Below are positions 48,758-58,008 of a stretch of 64,000 bases of DNA, one piece after another. Where the stretch lies: positions 86,226 through 150,225 of the forward strand of contig CAZEBW010000001.1 in the NCBI GenBank assembly GCA_964510205.1, read 5' to 3'. The stretch is from an uncultured Anaerolineae bacterium. GTDB lineage: Bacteria > Chloroflexota > Anaerolineae > VGOG01. Position numbers and translations under genes: made by a program. The notes under the pieces were generated by a model. That model worked only from the letters and a program-made list of their open reading frames with translations, was not told the DNA's origin and did no database searches. How positions within the stretch are numbered: the first letter of the stretch is position 1; every line of letters begins with the position of its first letter.

Positions 48758-49800
48758 AGCGACAGGGCCACGCCCAGCATGGCGGCCAGGATGGCCATCA
48801 ACCAGAACCGCTGCGCCACCTGCGTCTCGGACCAGCCTAAGAGCTCAAAATGGTGGTGCAGAGGCGTCATCTTGAAGATGCGCCGGCCCTGGCCATACCT
48901 GATCCTGGTGAATTTGAAATAGGCCACCTGCAGGATGACTGACAGCGTTTCGGCCACGAAAACGGCGCTAATGATGGGCAAGATCAGCCACTGGCCGGTC
49001 ATCAGAGCCACCACTGCCAGGGTCGCCCCCAGCGCTTCCGACCCCACGTCGCCCATGAACAAATCGGCGGGGTAGGCGTTGTACCACAGGAAGGCCAAGA
49101 TTGCTCCGACCATGGTGAAGCAAAAGGCCAGCAACCAGCCCTGATCCTGCAGATAGGCGATGATGCCGTAGCAGAGGAAGCACAAGGCAGCGATGGAGCC
49201 AGCCAGGCCATCCAGCCCATCGGTCAGGTTGACGGCGTTGGAGTAACCGACGATGAAGAACACGGCGATAGGCAACCACCAAAGCCCGATGTCCACTTTC
49301 TGAGCCATCCCTGGGATAGCTACGCTGTGCAGATCGGGAGGGCCAAAGTGAAGGACGAGGGCGGTGACTGTGGCCAGCACGAGCTGAAGGACAAACTTCC
49401 AACGGGCCAGGATGCCCTCGCCGTTGCGGTAGCCCCGCACTCCGGCCCAATCGTCGAGACCGCCCATCAGCCCAAAACCAAGCAACACGCCCAGCGGCAC
49501 CAGAATGGAACGGCCCAAGAAAAACACGCGCTCCACGCCCAGCCTTTCTAGCATCTCCCGACCGAAAGACGTGCCAGCCAACAATTCAGCGAGGCCCGCG
49601 GCCAGGATAATGATGGAGACAGGTACAACAATCATCAGCCCCCCCATGGTCGGCGTGCCGGTTTTCGTGCGGTGGGTGCTGGGGCCATCGAGGCGGATCT
49701 GCTTGCCGATGCCTCGGCTCCTCAGGTAGTCAATCAGCGGGCTGCCCCAAACAACGGCAAACAAGAAAGAAAACGCGCCAAGAGCCAATGCATAGGCCAT
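48730..49800 (-). CDS. mraY: phospho-N-acetylmuramoyl-pentapeptide transferase
   Basis: KTGTPTMGG, NAVNLTDGLDGLA, HHHFE. Confidence 0.96.
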   Translation of the reverse strand: MAYALALGAFSFLFAVVWGSPLIDYLRSRGIGKQIRLDGPSTHRTKTGTPTMGGLMIVVPVSIIILAAGLAELLAGTSFGREMLERLGVERVFFLGRSILVPLGVLLGFGLMGGLDDWAGVRGYRNGEGILARWKFVLQLVLATVTALVLHFGPPDLHSVAIPGMAQKVDIGLWWLPIAVFFIVGYSNAVNLTDGLDGLAGSIAALCFLCYGIIAYLQDQGWLLAFCFTMVGAILAFLWYNAYPADLFMGDVGSEALGATLAVVALMTGQWLILPIISAVFVAETLSVILQVAYFKFTRIRYGQGRRIFKMTPLHHHFELLGWSETQVAQRFWLMAILAAMLGVALSLWGNPPPAR

Positions 49801-49855
49801 GCGTCAAATCCCAAATCCCCAACACCCGATATCGAAACACTTTGCTGCTCGATAT

Positions 49856-51379
49856 TCAGGTATTGGCTACTGATAGAGCAGCAACAATCTCTTCCATCTC
49901 CATGCCGCGAGAGCCTTTGACCAGGATGACGTCCCCAGGAGCGACAATCTCGCGCAGGCAGGCGATGGCACTGTCGTTGTTCTCCTCTATGAAAACCCTG
50001 TCTCTTCCCATGCCGAAGGCCAGCGCCTCCTCGGCGATGAGGCGGCCTCGCTCTCCCACGGTGATGAGCACAGTCGCCACGTCCAGGGCCCGCCGACCGA
50101 CTTTTCGGTGTCCTTCTTCTTCGTAGGTCCCCAGTTCCAACATGTCACCGAGCACGGCGATCTTCCGCCCATCCAGCTCCTCAACCAGGTTGAGCGCGGC
50201 GATGGTGGAAGTGGGGCTGGCGTTGTAGGTGTCGTCCAGGATGGTCGAGCCTCGCAGACCCGGCGCCACCACCAGACGCAGTTGCGCCGCCCCCTGCAAT
50301 CCATCTATGATCTCCGCCCACGATTGCCCCTCGACCAAGCCCACGGCGGCAGCGGCCAAAGCGGTGTGCACACTGTGCCGCCCCAACATCGGCACCTTGG
50401 CGTGAATCGTCTCAGACCCATGATGGAAGCGGAAGCGGATGCCCTCCAGACCCTGACCCTCGATATCGTTGGCCCACAGGTCACAGGTTGGATCCAAGCC
50501 ATAATAGAAGACCTGGGCCCTGGTCTGGGCCGCCATCTGGCGCACGCGGGGGTCGTCACCGTTGAGGATGGCTACGCCTCCCGACGAATAGGGGGGCAGC
50601 GCTTCCACCAGCTCCGTCTTGGCCTGGGCGATGCGCTCGATGGTGCCCAGCCGCTCCAGATGGGTGGGACCCACGTTGGTGACCACACCGACGTGGGGAC
50701 GGGCAATGGCCGCCAGCTCCGCGATTTCCCCCAGGTCGTACATGCCCATCTCCAGGACGACCCGCTGGTGGCTCGGCTCCAGCTTCAAGAGCGTCAAGGG
50801 CAGGCCCGTCTCGCTGTTGTAGTTGCCTTCGCTCCTCAGGGTGTGAAATCGCTGATTGAGAACGCCGTAGATCATCTCCTTGGTGGTGGTCTTGCCGATG
50901 CTGCCCGTGACGCCCACCACGCGGGGAGTATGCTTGCCGCGCCAGTGAGCGGCCACTTTCTGCAGAGCTTTGAGGCTGTCTTCGACGATGAAGCAGGCTG
51001 GAAGTTGGAGATTGGAAGCTGGAGGTTGGAAGGGCGCCTGTCTAACGTCCACTTTCCAACATCCAACGTCCAATGCTCTTTCCACGATGGCCGCTATGGC
51101 GCCGCGCTGGAAGGCGTCGGCGACGTAGTCGTGTCCATCCTTGTGCTCACCCTTCAGAGCCACGAAGAGGCTGCCGGGAGTGGCCCGTCGCGAGTCTATG
51201 ACCGCATCGCTCAGCTTCTGTTCCCTGTACTTGTCGTCCAGGACAAGTGCCAAGTTGGGCGGCCTGTGGCCGGTGAGACCCTCCACCACATTGGCCAGGG
51301 TCAACGCCGCTGCGCTCGCCACAGCCTTTTGACTACGCTCAGAACGCCCGTGAACTCCACCGGGCTCAGGACGTTGCAT
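49856..51379 (-). CDS. murF: UDP-N-acetylmuramoyl-tripeptide--D-alanyl-D-alanine ligase
   Basis: GVTGSIGKTTTKE, NYNSETGLPLTLL, EMGMYDLGEI. Confidence 0.92.
   Translation of the reverse strand: MQRPEPGGVHGRSERSQKAVASAAALTLANVVEGLTGHRPPNLALVLDDKYREQKLSDAVIDSRRATPGSLFVALKGEHKDGHDYVADAFQRGAIAAIVERALDVGCWKVDVRQAPFQPPASNLQLPACFIVEDSLKALQKVAAHWRGKHTPRVVGVTGSIGKTTTKEMIYGVLNQRFHTLRSEGNYNSETGLPLTLLKLEPSHQRVVLEMGMYDLGEIAELAAIARPHVGVVTNVGPTHLERLGTIERIAQAKTELVEALPPYSSGGVAILNGDDPRVRQMAAQTRAQVFYYGLDPTCDLWANDIEGQGLEGIRFRFHHGSETIHAKVPMLGRHSVHTALAAAAVGLVEGQSWAEIIDGLQGAAQLRLVVAPGLRGSTILDDTYNASPTSTIAALNLVEELDGRKIAVLGDMLELGTYEEEGHRKVGRRALDVATVLITVGERGRLIAEEALAFGMGRDRVFIEENNDSAIACLREIVAPGDVILVKGSRGMEMEEIVAALSVANT
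50997..51076. repeat. palindromic heptamer repeat (GGAAGTT/GGAGATT/GGAAGCT... facing TTTCCAA/CATCCAA...) inside murF, translated in frame
   Basis: ggctggaagttggagattggaagctggaggttggaaggg...cactttccaacatccaacgtccaatgc. Encodes DVGCWKVDVRQAPFQPPASNLQLPA. Confidence 0.85.
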
Positions 51380-51383
51380 CGGA

Positions 51384-53147
51384 TCACCTGCTTGCCAATC
51401 TTACATCGTCGGGCGGGACATCCAGCAGCACGAGCAGTCGCTCGGCGATGATCTTGAAAACGGGGGCCGCTACCTCCGCCCCCCACGGGTCCAAGCGAGG
51501 TTTGTCTATTTTGACCAGGGCGATGAATTTGGGATCTTCGGCCGGAGCGTAGCCCACAAATGAGGCGATGGTCAACTCCGGGTCGTATCTACCTTCATCA
51601 GGAATGGGTATCTGAGAGGTTCCCGTCTTGCCAGCAATCCGGTAGCCCGGCACAACAGCGAACTCCATGCCCTTTTTCACCGCTTCCACCAGCATGTTGG
51701 TCAGTTGCTCAGCCGTCTGGGCAGAAACGACCCGCCGCACGACGGCAGGCTGGGTCACGCTCACGCCCTCATCATCAACGATCCGCTCTACCACGTAGGG
51801 CCTCATCATAATCCCGCCGTTGGCCACCGCCGCCACCGCCGCCACCATCTGCAGCGGGGTCACCGCCACCCCTTGCCCGAAGGAGTTGGTGCCCAAATCG
51901 GACTCGTGCCAGTTCTCGCTGCCCGGCTCCTTGAGGGTCCCCGCCACCTCGCCGCTCAGATCAACGCCCGTAGGATACCCACACCCAAAACGCTCCAAGT
52001 AAGTATAGAACGTCTCCTCGCCCAGGGAGGTACTGACGTAGGCAACGCCCACGTTTAACGAGTGGGCCAGGATGTCGGTCATGGTCACCAGGCCGTGGGC
52101 GCGACGGTCGGGGTTATAGATAGTGGCCCCTCCCACTTTTATGGAGCCGCTATCGTAGAAGGTGCTATCGGGCTCGATGACTCCCGCGTCGAGGCCGGCG
52201 GCCATAGTAAGAATCTTGAACACAGACCCAGGCTCGTATTGCCGGCTGACCGCGGGGTTGACGTACAGCTCATACAGCTCCCTAGGCACTTCGTAGAAGC
52301 GGTTGGGATCATAGGACGGATAGTTGGCCATAGCCAGGATAGCGCCCGTCTTTGGATCCATGACGATGATGGTGCCGCCATCAGCCTGGTATCGGGCTAC
52401 AGCGTTCGCCAACTCCTGCTCCACCAGATACTGGATGTTCCTGTCGAGGGTCAGCACCAGATGAGGGCCGTCCTGCGGCAGGGGCAGTTGGGGAAAGGCA
52501 AAGGCCACCGTTCCGCCCTGATAATGTGCGTTCCCTTCAGGTACGAGGTCAGTCCCTTGGAGAAGAGAGCCGTAGTATTCCTCCAGGCCATAGGCGCCCT
52601 CACCGGCCAGGTTAACAAAGCCCAGCAGGTGCGCAGCGAACTCCCCGCCTGGATACCTTCGTCGGAGCTTGGGCTTCCAGTAGATGCCCGTCAATTTTAG
52701 CGAAGCGATTTTGTCGCCCACTTCTTTGGAGACGCGCTTTTTCAAAAGAGCGTACGGCTTATCGGAAGCCAGGACGGAGACCAGCTCGTCAAGCGGCAAC
52801 TCCAGGCTCGGCGCTAGCTGGTTGGCGACATCTTGGACCTCCTCCTCCTTGATTTCCCTCGGCGCCGCAGTGATCTCGTACTCATAGACGTTTAGCGCCA
52901 GGACGTGGCCGCGACGATCAACGATTAGCCCGCGATGAGGAGCCGCTTCCGGCCCATAGCCCGGAGGGAAGTAAGACGGGCTATCATTGAAAATGCCTTG
53001 AATGATCTGCAAGTAGAACAGGCGAACCGCAATGACCAGCACCAGGCCGGTGAGGATGGCGATCAAGAAGGCAAGTCGCCGAAAAACCTGCTCCTTCGAC
53101 CCACCGCTTTCCTCGTCCTGAGAATCTAACCTTCCTCTGACTATCAT
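51384..53147 (-). CDS. ftsI: penicillin-binding transpeptidase FtsI (class B PBP)
   Basis: SVFK, SLN and KTGT motifs. ATG 53147 overlaps the ftsL stop. Confidence 0.92.
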   Translation of the reverse strand: MIVRGRLDSQDEESGGSKEQVFRRLAFLIAILTGLVLVIAVRLFYLQIIQGIFNDSPSYFPPGYGPEAAPHRGLIVDRRGHVLALNVYEYEITAAPREIKEEEVQDVANQLAPSLELPLDELVSVLASDKPYALLKKRVSKEVGDKIASLKLTGIYWKPKLRRRYPGGEFAAHLLGFVNLAGEGAYGLEEYYGSLLQGTDLVPEGNAHYQGGTVAFAFPQLPLPQDGPHLVLTLDRNIQYLVEQELANAVARYQADGGTIIVMDPKTGAILAMANYPSYDPNRFYEVPRELYELYVNPAVSRQYEPGSVFKILTMAAGLDAGVIEPDSTFYDSGSIKVGGATIYNPDRRAHGLVTMTDILAHSLNVGVAYVSTSLGEETFYTYLERFGCGYPTGVDLSGEVAGTLKEPGSENWHESDLGTNSFGQGVAVTPLQMVAAVAAVANGGIMMRPYVVERIVDDEGVSVTQPAVVRRVVSAQTAEQLTNMLVEAVKKGMEFAVVPGYRIAGKTGTSQIPIPDEGRYDPELTIASFVGYAPAEDPKFIALVKIDKPRLDPWGAEVAAPVFKIIAERLLVLLDVPPDDVRLASR

Positions 53148-53662
53148 CAGGGTTCCGTCCTCGCCCAGGCCACGAATTGGGAAAGCACTTTTTCCCACCA
53201 CCGCGCCACACGCCGGTGAATTCCACTGGCCTCCTCCTGCTCCCCGGACTCTTGCGGAGCAAGCCTCTCGGCGCGGCCAGAGGAATCGCCTTCATCCAGA
53301 GCGGGCGCTACGGCCAATCCCACGCCCGACACGCCGACCGGGTAATCAGGCACTTCCAAATAGCGGCGCTTCTCAGCGGGAGCGTAGCCTAATCCCAGCG
53401 CCGCGCTCTCTAGACGAGAAAAGCTGAGCAACTCCACGACCCCAGCCAACATTTGAGCATTCTCTCGCTGCAGTTGCTCTATCTGCGCCTCTTTTTCCCA
53501 GATCCTGCGCCGGGTGGTGGACACTTTGCTGGCTTGAGACAGGCAGAGCCAACTGAGCACGCCCAGCAGGGTTAGAACCAGGAGAGCGGCGGCCGTGGTC
53601 CTGGCTTCCATCCGCCAAGTCCCCTTTTCCAGATGCAACGAGTTCCTCCGTCTGCTAGCCAT
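53147..53662 (-). CDS. ftsL: cell division protein FtsL-like
   Basis: Single TM followed by coiled coil (EKEAQIEQLQRENAQM). Position between rsmH and ftsI. Confidence 0.7.
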   Translation of the reverse strand: MASRRRNSLHLEKGTWRMEARTTAAALLVLTLLGVLSWLCLSQASKVSTTRRRIWEKEAQIEQLQRENAQMLAGVVELLSFSRLESAALGLGYAPAEKRRYLEVPDYPVGVSGVGLAVAPALDEGDSSGRAERLAPQESGEQEEASGIHRRVARWWEKVLSQFVAWARTEP

Positions 53663-53690
53663 GGGCGGTCTCCCTATGCTTGGCCGTGAA

Positions 53691-54605
53691 TCACGGCAGG
53701 CGATACGCGATCCGCAACTTGGCGCTGCGGCTGCGAGGATTAGCCGCCACCTCCTCGGCCGAGGGCCTGATGGGCTTCTTGGTCACTATTCCCAAAGCGG
53801 CTTGATGATCGCAGACGCACACGGGTATCTCCGGCGGACACACGCAATCTCGCGACTCCCTGCGGAAGAACTGCTTAACCAGGCGGTCCTCCAGGGAATG
53901 AAACGAGATAACGGCCAAACGCCCTCCGGGCGCCAAGAGCCTCAACGCCTGCGGCAGGGCTTCAGCCAGGCACTCCAGCTCTCGATTGACGGCGATGCGC
54001 AGAGCCTGAAAAGTCTGAGTGGCCGGATGGATCCTCCCTCGGCGGCCTACGGCGGCGGACACCACAGCAGCCAGCTCCTTCGTGGTACGAATAGGTCGCT
54101 CAGCCGCGATGGCGCGAGCGATGCGCCGTGACCGATGCTCCTCGCCATACTGAAACAGGACGTCGGCCAACTCCTCGGCGGTCAAGGCGTTGACCAAATC
54201 AGCCGCCGTCGTCGCCTGGGAAGGATCGAAGCGCATATCCAGCGGGCCGTCCGACTGAAAGGAAAAGCCCCGACCCTCGGCTTCCAACTGCAGCGATGAA
54301 AGCCCCAAATCGAAGAGGATGCCACCCACAGGCGAGAAGCCGTGTTCCGAGGCAATGGCCTCCAAATCAGCAAAATTGCCCTGGACCACCGTAAGCCTTC
54401 CCGCGAACTCGGCCAGCCTTCCCTCGGCCAAAGCTACGGCCAGGGGATCCGCATCTATGCCCAAGAGCGCGCCATCGGGGGCGGAAGCCGCGAGGACACC
54501 GCGTGCGTGTCCCCCACCCCCCACTGTGCCGTCTATGTAGCGTCCGCCAGGCTCTATCTGAAGCCCAGCTAAAACCTCTTGGTAAAGGACAGGAACGTGA
54601 CTCAA
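53691..54605 (-). CDS. rsmH: 16S rRNA (cytosine1402-N4)-methyltransferase
   Basis: [41 protein letters not shown]. Confidence 0.95.
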   Translation of the reverse strand: MSHVPVLYQEVLAGLQIEPGGRYIDGTVGGGGHARGVLAASAPDGALLGIDADPLAVALAEGRLAEFAGRLTVVQGNFADLEAIASEHGFSPVGGILFDLGLSSLQLEAEGRGFSFQSDGPLDMRFDPSQATTAADLVNALTAEELADVLFQYGEEHRSRRIARAIAAERPIRTTKELAAVVSAAVGRRGRIHPATQTFQALRIAVNRELECLAEALPQALRLLAPGGRLAVISFHSLEDRLVKQFFRRESRDCVCPPEIPVCVCDHQAALGIVTKKPIRPSAEEVAANPRSRSAKLRIAYRLP

Positions 54606-54712
54606 GCTACTTCCTCTCGTAAAGCCCGACCGCCTGGAACACCCCGTGACAAGTCAGTTGCGTAATTTGCAGAACTGCGGTATAATTGATGGTGGTAGTT
54701 CGTCCCGCGAGC

Positions 54713-55141
54713 CTAGATTCCTAAGTCGGTCAACTGCTCGGCGATTAAGCTGCTCTCCTCTTCCATCTTGAGAGTGATCTCTTGCCAGCGCTTCTGGCTC
54801 CAGATTTCCAGACGGGAATTGACGCCGGTAACAACCACGTTGCTCTCGATGTCGGCATGTGCGCGCAAGGGGGCCGGCAGGAGGATGCGTCCTTGTTTGT
54901 CCAGTTCACACTCGACGCCTGAGTAGATCATGCGGCTGAACAAGCGCGCCCCAGCTTGAGCGAGAGGGAGCTTGGCCACCTTTGCAGATAGTTCCTCCCA
55001 GGTCTTGGGCGGGAGGACGAAGAGGCAGCCATCCAGTCCCCTGGTGACAAACAGGCCCGCCTCCAAGTCAGGGCGAAACTTGGCGGGGATGATCAACCTC
55101 CCCTTATCATCTACCGTGTGCTCGTACTCGCCCGAAAACAT
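54713..55141 (-). CDS. mraZ: transcriptional regulator MraZ
   Basis: MFSGEYEHTVDDKGRLIIPAKFR and a second DKQGRILLP repeat. Confidence 0.93.
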   Translation of the reverse strand: MFSGEYEHTVDDKGRLIIPAKFRPDLEAGLFVTRGLDGCLFVLPPKTWEELSAKVAKLPLAQAGARLFSRMIYSGVECELDKQGRILLPAPLRAHADIESNVVVTGVNSRLEIWSQKRWQEITLKMEEESSLIAEQLTDLGI

Positions 55142-55184
55142 GCCCGTACTCCCCACATTCTCCAAGTTGGACCCTGGCGTCCAA

Positions 55185-55227
55185 CCACATCCCTCCACAA
55201 TTCTCCACTTTCTACCACTACATTATA
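55185..55227 (-). promoter_or_regulatory. dcw promoter -10 (TATAAT) followed by four GTGG repeats at exact 10-bp phasing (MraZ operator)
   Basis: CCAC at 55185, 55195, 55205 and 55215 on the plus strand. The complement of 55222..55227 is TATAAT. 44 nt upstream of the mraZ ATG. Confidence 0.6.
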
Positions 55228-55374
55228 CACTATTTTTCGAGTTTTGGCTAGTGCGTGCGGTGGATTTTAAGGTTCGTCCGAGGAAAATCGCTGTCTCTCA
55301 CCCTCACTGGTACTATATATTGGGTATTTGAGTGGATAGGACACACTATATGTAGTGGCTCAACGAATTTATCA

Positions 55375-55396
55375 AAACCTTAAAATTTTAAGGTTT
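55375..55396. promoter_or_regulatory. 22-bp perfect palindrome AAACCTTAAAATTTTAAGGTTT in the AT-rich region upstream of the dcw promoter
   Basis: Read directly. Function unknown. Confidence 0.3.
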
Positions 55397-55550
55397 CTAG
55401 GCGTTTTTACAGCCAGATTCTTTAAGAAATGGTAAGAATTTATCTGTAACAACCTGAAATATATGGTATGGGGCTGAAACCTTGAGCTTCGTGGTGATCT
55501 TGGTGTGCTCGACCTTGAGACTTGGCAGCTAGTCACCCCCGTGCAGCGCA

Positions 55551-55586
55551 CCAAAAAACCTCCTTACGCCTGAGCATAAGGAGGTT
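55551..55586 (-). terminator. rho-independent terminator downstream of selB
   Basis: The minus strand reads aacctcctta-tgctcaggcg-taaggaggtt followed by ttttttgg. Confidence 0.6.
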
Positions 55587-55792
55587 CTTCTGTTTCCCTC
55601 TTCGCTGCAGTTTGCGTAGCAGCCTCTTTTTTGCTACAAAGTGGCGTCTCGCCACGCCGAATGCGGCGCAAAACACGGGGCGGGGACGCCCCTCAGTAGC
55701 AAATAAGAGAAACTGTTCTAAGCGAGGCGACGCGAAGCGACCGAGGCGGCCGAAGCGGCGGCCTAAAGAGAAAGTGTACGGTAGCTAGCCGA

Positions 55793-57706
55793 TCATCTTA
55801 AGACGCGCTCATCCCCGACCCGCCTTGTGACCCTGCGTTCGTCCAGGTGCTCCATCAGCGCCAGGGCATATTTCCGACTGGCGGCGAACATGTCGCGCAC
55901 CTGAGCCACCGTAACAGCGCCCTTCTCTTCAATCTGCCTGATGACCCGTTTGACCATTTCGTCGTAGGTTTCTTTCAGAAACAGGACATCCTCGCTGACT
56001 TGAACCAGTCTCCCTTGCTGAACCAGGGCGTTCAGTACCTCCGCTCCTACCATGGCCTCGCTGTCGGCTACCGAGGGCGTGGTGTAGGGATCCTTCTGGA
56101 AGGCGGCTAATAGCTCTTGCACCTGCCGCTCCTGGTCAGCGCTGAATTTCACTTCATGTTCCGGGAGACGCAGGGTGGCCTCCTCGTCCATCAGCCTGCC
56201 CTCGCTCGCGGCCCTGCTCACCACTTCGTTCAGGAGTTTGGTGGACAACCCCAACTGGCTCTTGAGCTCTTCGCGGGGCATGCCCTGGCGCAAAGGATGC
56301 TGTTGGTGATAGCCTCGCAGGGTGACGACGACTTCGTTGGTGAGTCTTTCCCAGCCCGACGCCGAGATGAGATACGGGTTCCGGGCAATCAGATGTTGGG
56401 GAGGGGGCATTTGCTCGATTCTGCTGTCGAGGATCAGAGCTTGCTGGCTATCCAGCAACTCCTGCAAAGCCGGAGCGGTTTCTTCCACGGCCAGGCCGCT
56501 ACGCTCTATCAGCGTGCGAAGCTGGCAGGGCTGGCTGGTTTCCAACGATTGGAGAAGGATCTCTGCTGGGCTGCCCCGAGCTAGGGTTTCCAACCTGGCG
56601 ATGACCTCGGGGCGGAAACGTCGGTGCCGCCGGCGGGGATGCGCATCAACGACCTGCCCACCGCCCAGAGTGACAGCAGGCGAGGGCTGGCGGACGATAA
56701 AACGATCGCCTCTGACCAGGGCCGCCGGTTCAGCCAGCCGCAACTGCACCCAACCCTCCCCGCCCGGCGGGATGGCATCGCTGTCTAGAAGCCGCGTTCT
56801 GGCCATGATCTCCGCCGAGCCGCTGAAGAATTTCAGCGGCACATTGTGCCGCAGGGGACGAGGCGCGCTGGCCAGGTAGCGCAAGCGCACATCAATCAGC
56901 CGGGTGGGCTTTAGCCAGCCCGGAACGGTCACCACATCGCCTCGCTGCACCTCATCTTTGCTCACTCCGGTCAAATTGATAGCCACCCGGCTGCCGGGAA
57001 CGGCCTGTTCGATCTTCTCTTTGTGCGTCTGCAGGCCGCGTACTCTGGTCTCCAGCCGCTGGGGCAGGATCATCACCTCCTGACCAACCCGCAAGCGACC
57101 ATCAATCAGCGTGCCGGTCACCACGGTGCCGAAGCCAGCGACGGTAAACACACGATCAACCGGAAGACGAGGACGGCCCGAGCTGCTGCGGGGCGGCACA
57201 TTCTCCAGCAGCCCATCCAACTCCTCCAGCAAGGTCGTCAATCCCTGGCCCGTCCTGGCCGAGACAGGAATCATGGCCGCCTCAGCCAGGACAGTGCCCT
57301 CCAACAGGTCAGCCACGTCGAGTTGAACCAACTCCAGCCATTCTTCATCCTCAATCAGGTCCACCTTGGTCAGGGCTACGACGCCGTTCGTCACACCCAG
57401 CAGATCCAGAATGGCCAGGTGCTCGCGCGTTTGGGGCATCACGCCCTCGTCGGCGGCCACCACGAAGAGCGCGGCGTCAATGCCCCCCACGCCAGCCAGC
57501 ATGTTCTCGATGAAATCCCTGTGGCCGGGCACATCAACGATGCCCACCGACTCCCCGCTGGGCAAGGTGAGCCAGGCGAAGCCCAGGTCAATGGTCATCT
57601 CCCGTTCCTTCTCTTCTTTGAGACGATCCGGATCAATGCCCGTCAGGGCTTCCACCAACCTCGATTTGCCGTGATCCACGTGTCCTGCCGTGCCAATGAC
57701 TCGCAA
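55793..57706 (-). CDS. selB: selenocysteine-specific translation elongation factor
   Basis: GTAGHVDHGKS, DVPGH, and a long C-terminal winged-helix extension typical of SelB. Confidence 0.9.
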   Translation of the reverse strand: MRVIGTAGHVDHGKSRLVEALTGIDPDRLKEEKEREMTIDLGFAWLTLPSGESVGIVDVPGHRDFIENMLAGVGGIDAALFVVAADEGVMPQTREHLAILDLLGVTNGVVALTKVDLIEDEEWLELVQLDVADLLEGTVLAEAAMIPVSARTGQGLTTLLEELDGLLENVPPRSSSGRPRLPVDRVFTVAGFGTVVTGTLIDGRLRVGQEVMILPQRLETRVRGLQTHKEKIEQAVPGSRVAINLTGVSKDEVQRGDVVTVPGWLKPTRLIDVRLRYLASAPRPLRHNVPLKFFSGSAEIMARTRLLDSDAIPPGGEGWVQLRLAEPAALVRGDRFIVRQPSPAVTLGGGQVVDAHPRRRHRRFRPEVIARLETLARGSPAEILLQSLETSQPCQLRTLIERSGLAVEETAPALQELLDSQQALILDSRIEQMPPPQHLIARNPYLISASGWERLTNEVVVTLRGYHQQHPLRQGMPREELKSQLGLSTKLLNEVVSRAASEGRLMDEEATLRLPEHEVKFSADQERQVQELLAAFQKDPYTTPSVADSEAMVGAEVLNALVQQGRLVQVSEDVLFLKETYDEMVKRVIRQIEEKGAVTVAQVRDMFAASRKYALALMEHLDERRVTRRVGDERVLR

Positions 57707-57747
57707 ACTTCACTCACTCCTTCGGAAAGAACGTGACTACTCAGATT

Positions 57748-57977
57748 GTCATTGCGAGCTGCTCCATAGCGCGTTCGCGCTACTCATCGGATAAGAAACA
57801 AACGTAGGTGTCATTGCGAGGAACGGCTCTGGCAGTGGGCGTTATCCTATCACCGCCGTGGCCGGCCTGAGCGGTAGCGCTGACCAACAGGCGAGTGACG
57901 AAGCAATCTCCCACGCACATTGAAGGTAATTGCTGGTGGGGGATTGCTTCGTCGCAAAAAACGCTCCTCGCAATGAC
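57748..57977. repeat. family 1 element, enlarged composite copy plus solo arm
   Basis: Solo gtcattgcgagc at 57748. Full copy 57810..57977 with arms gtcattgcgagg / cgaagcaatctccc / ggggattgcttcg / ctcgcaatgac and an expanded interior. Confidence 0.8.
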
Positions 57978-58008
57978 ACGGGCTGAGCAGTTACCGCGTA
58001 GCCAGCGC

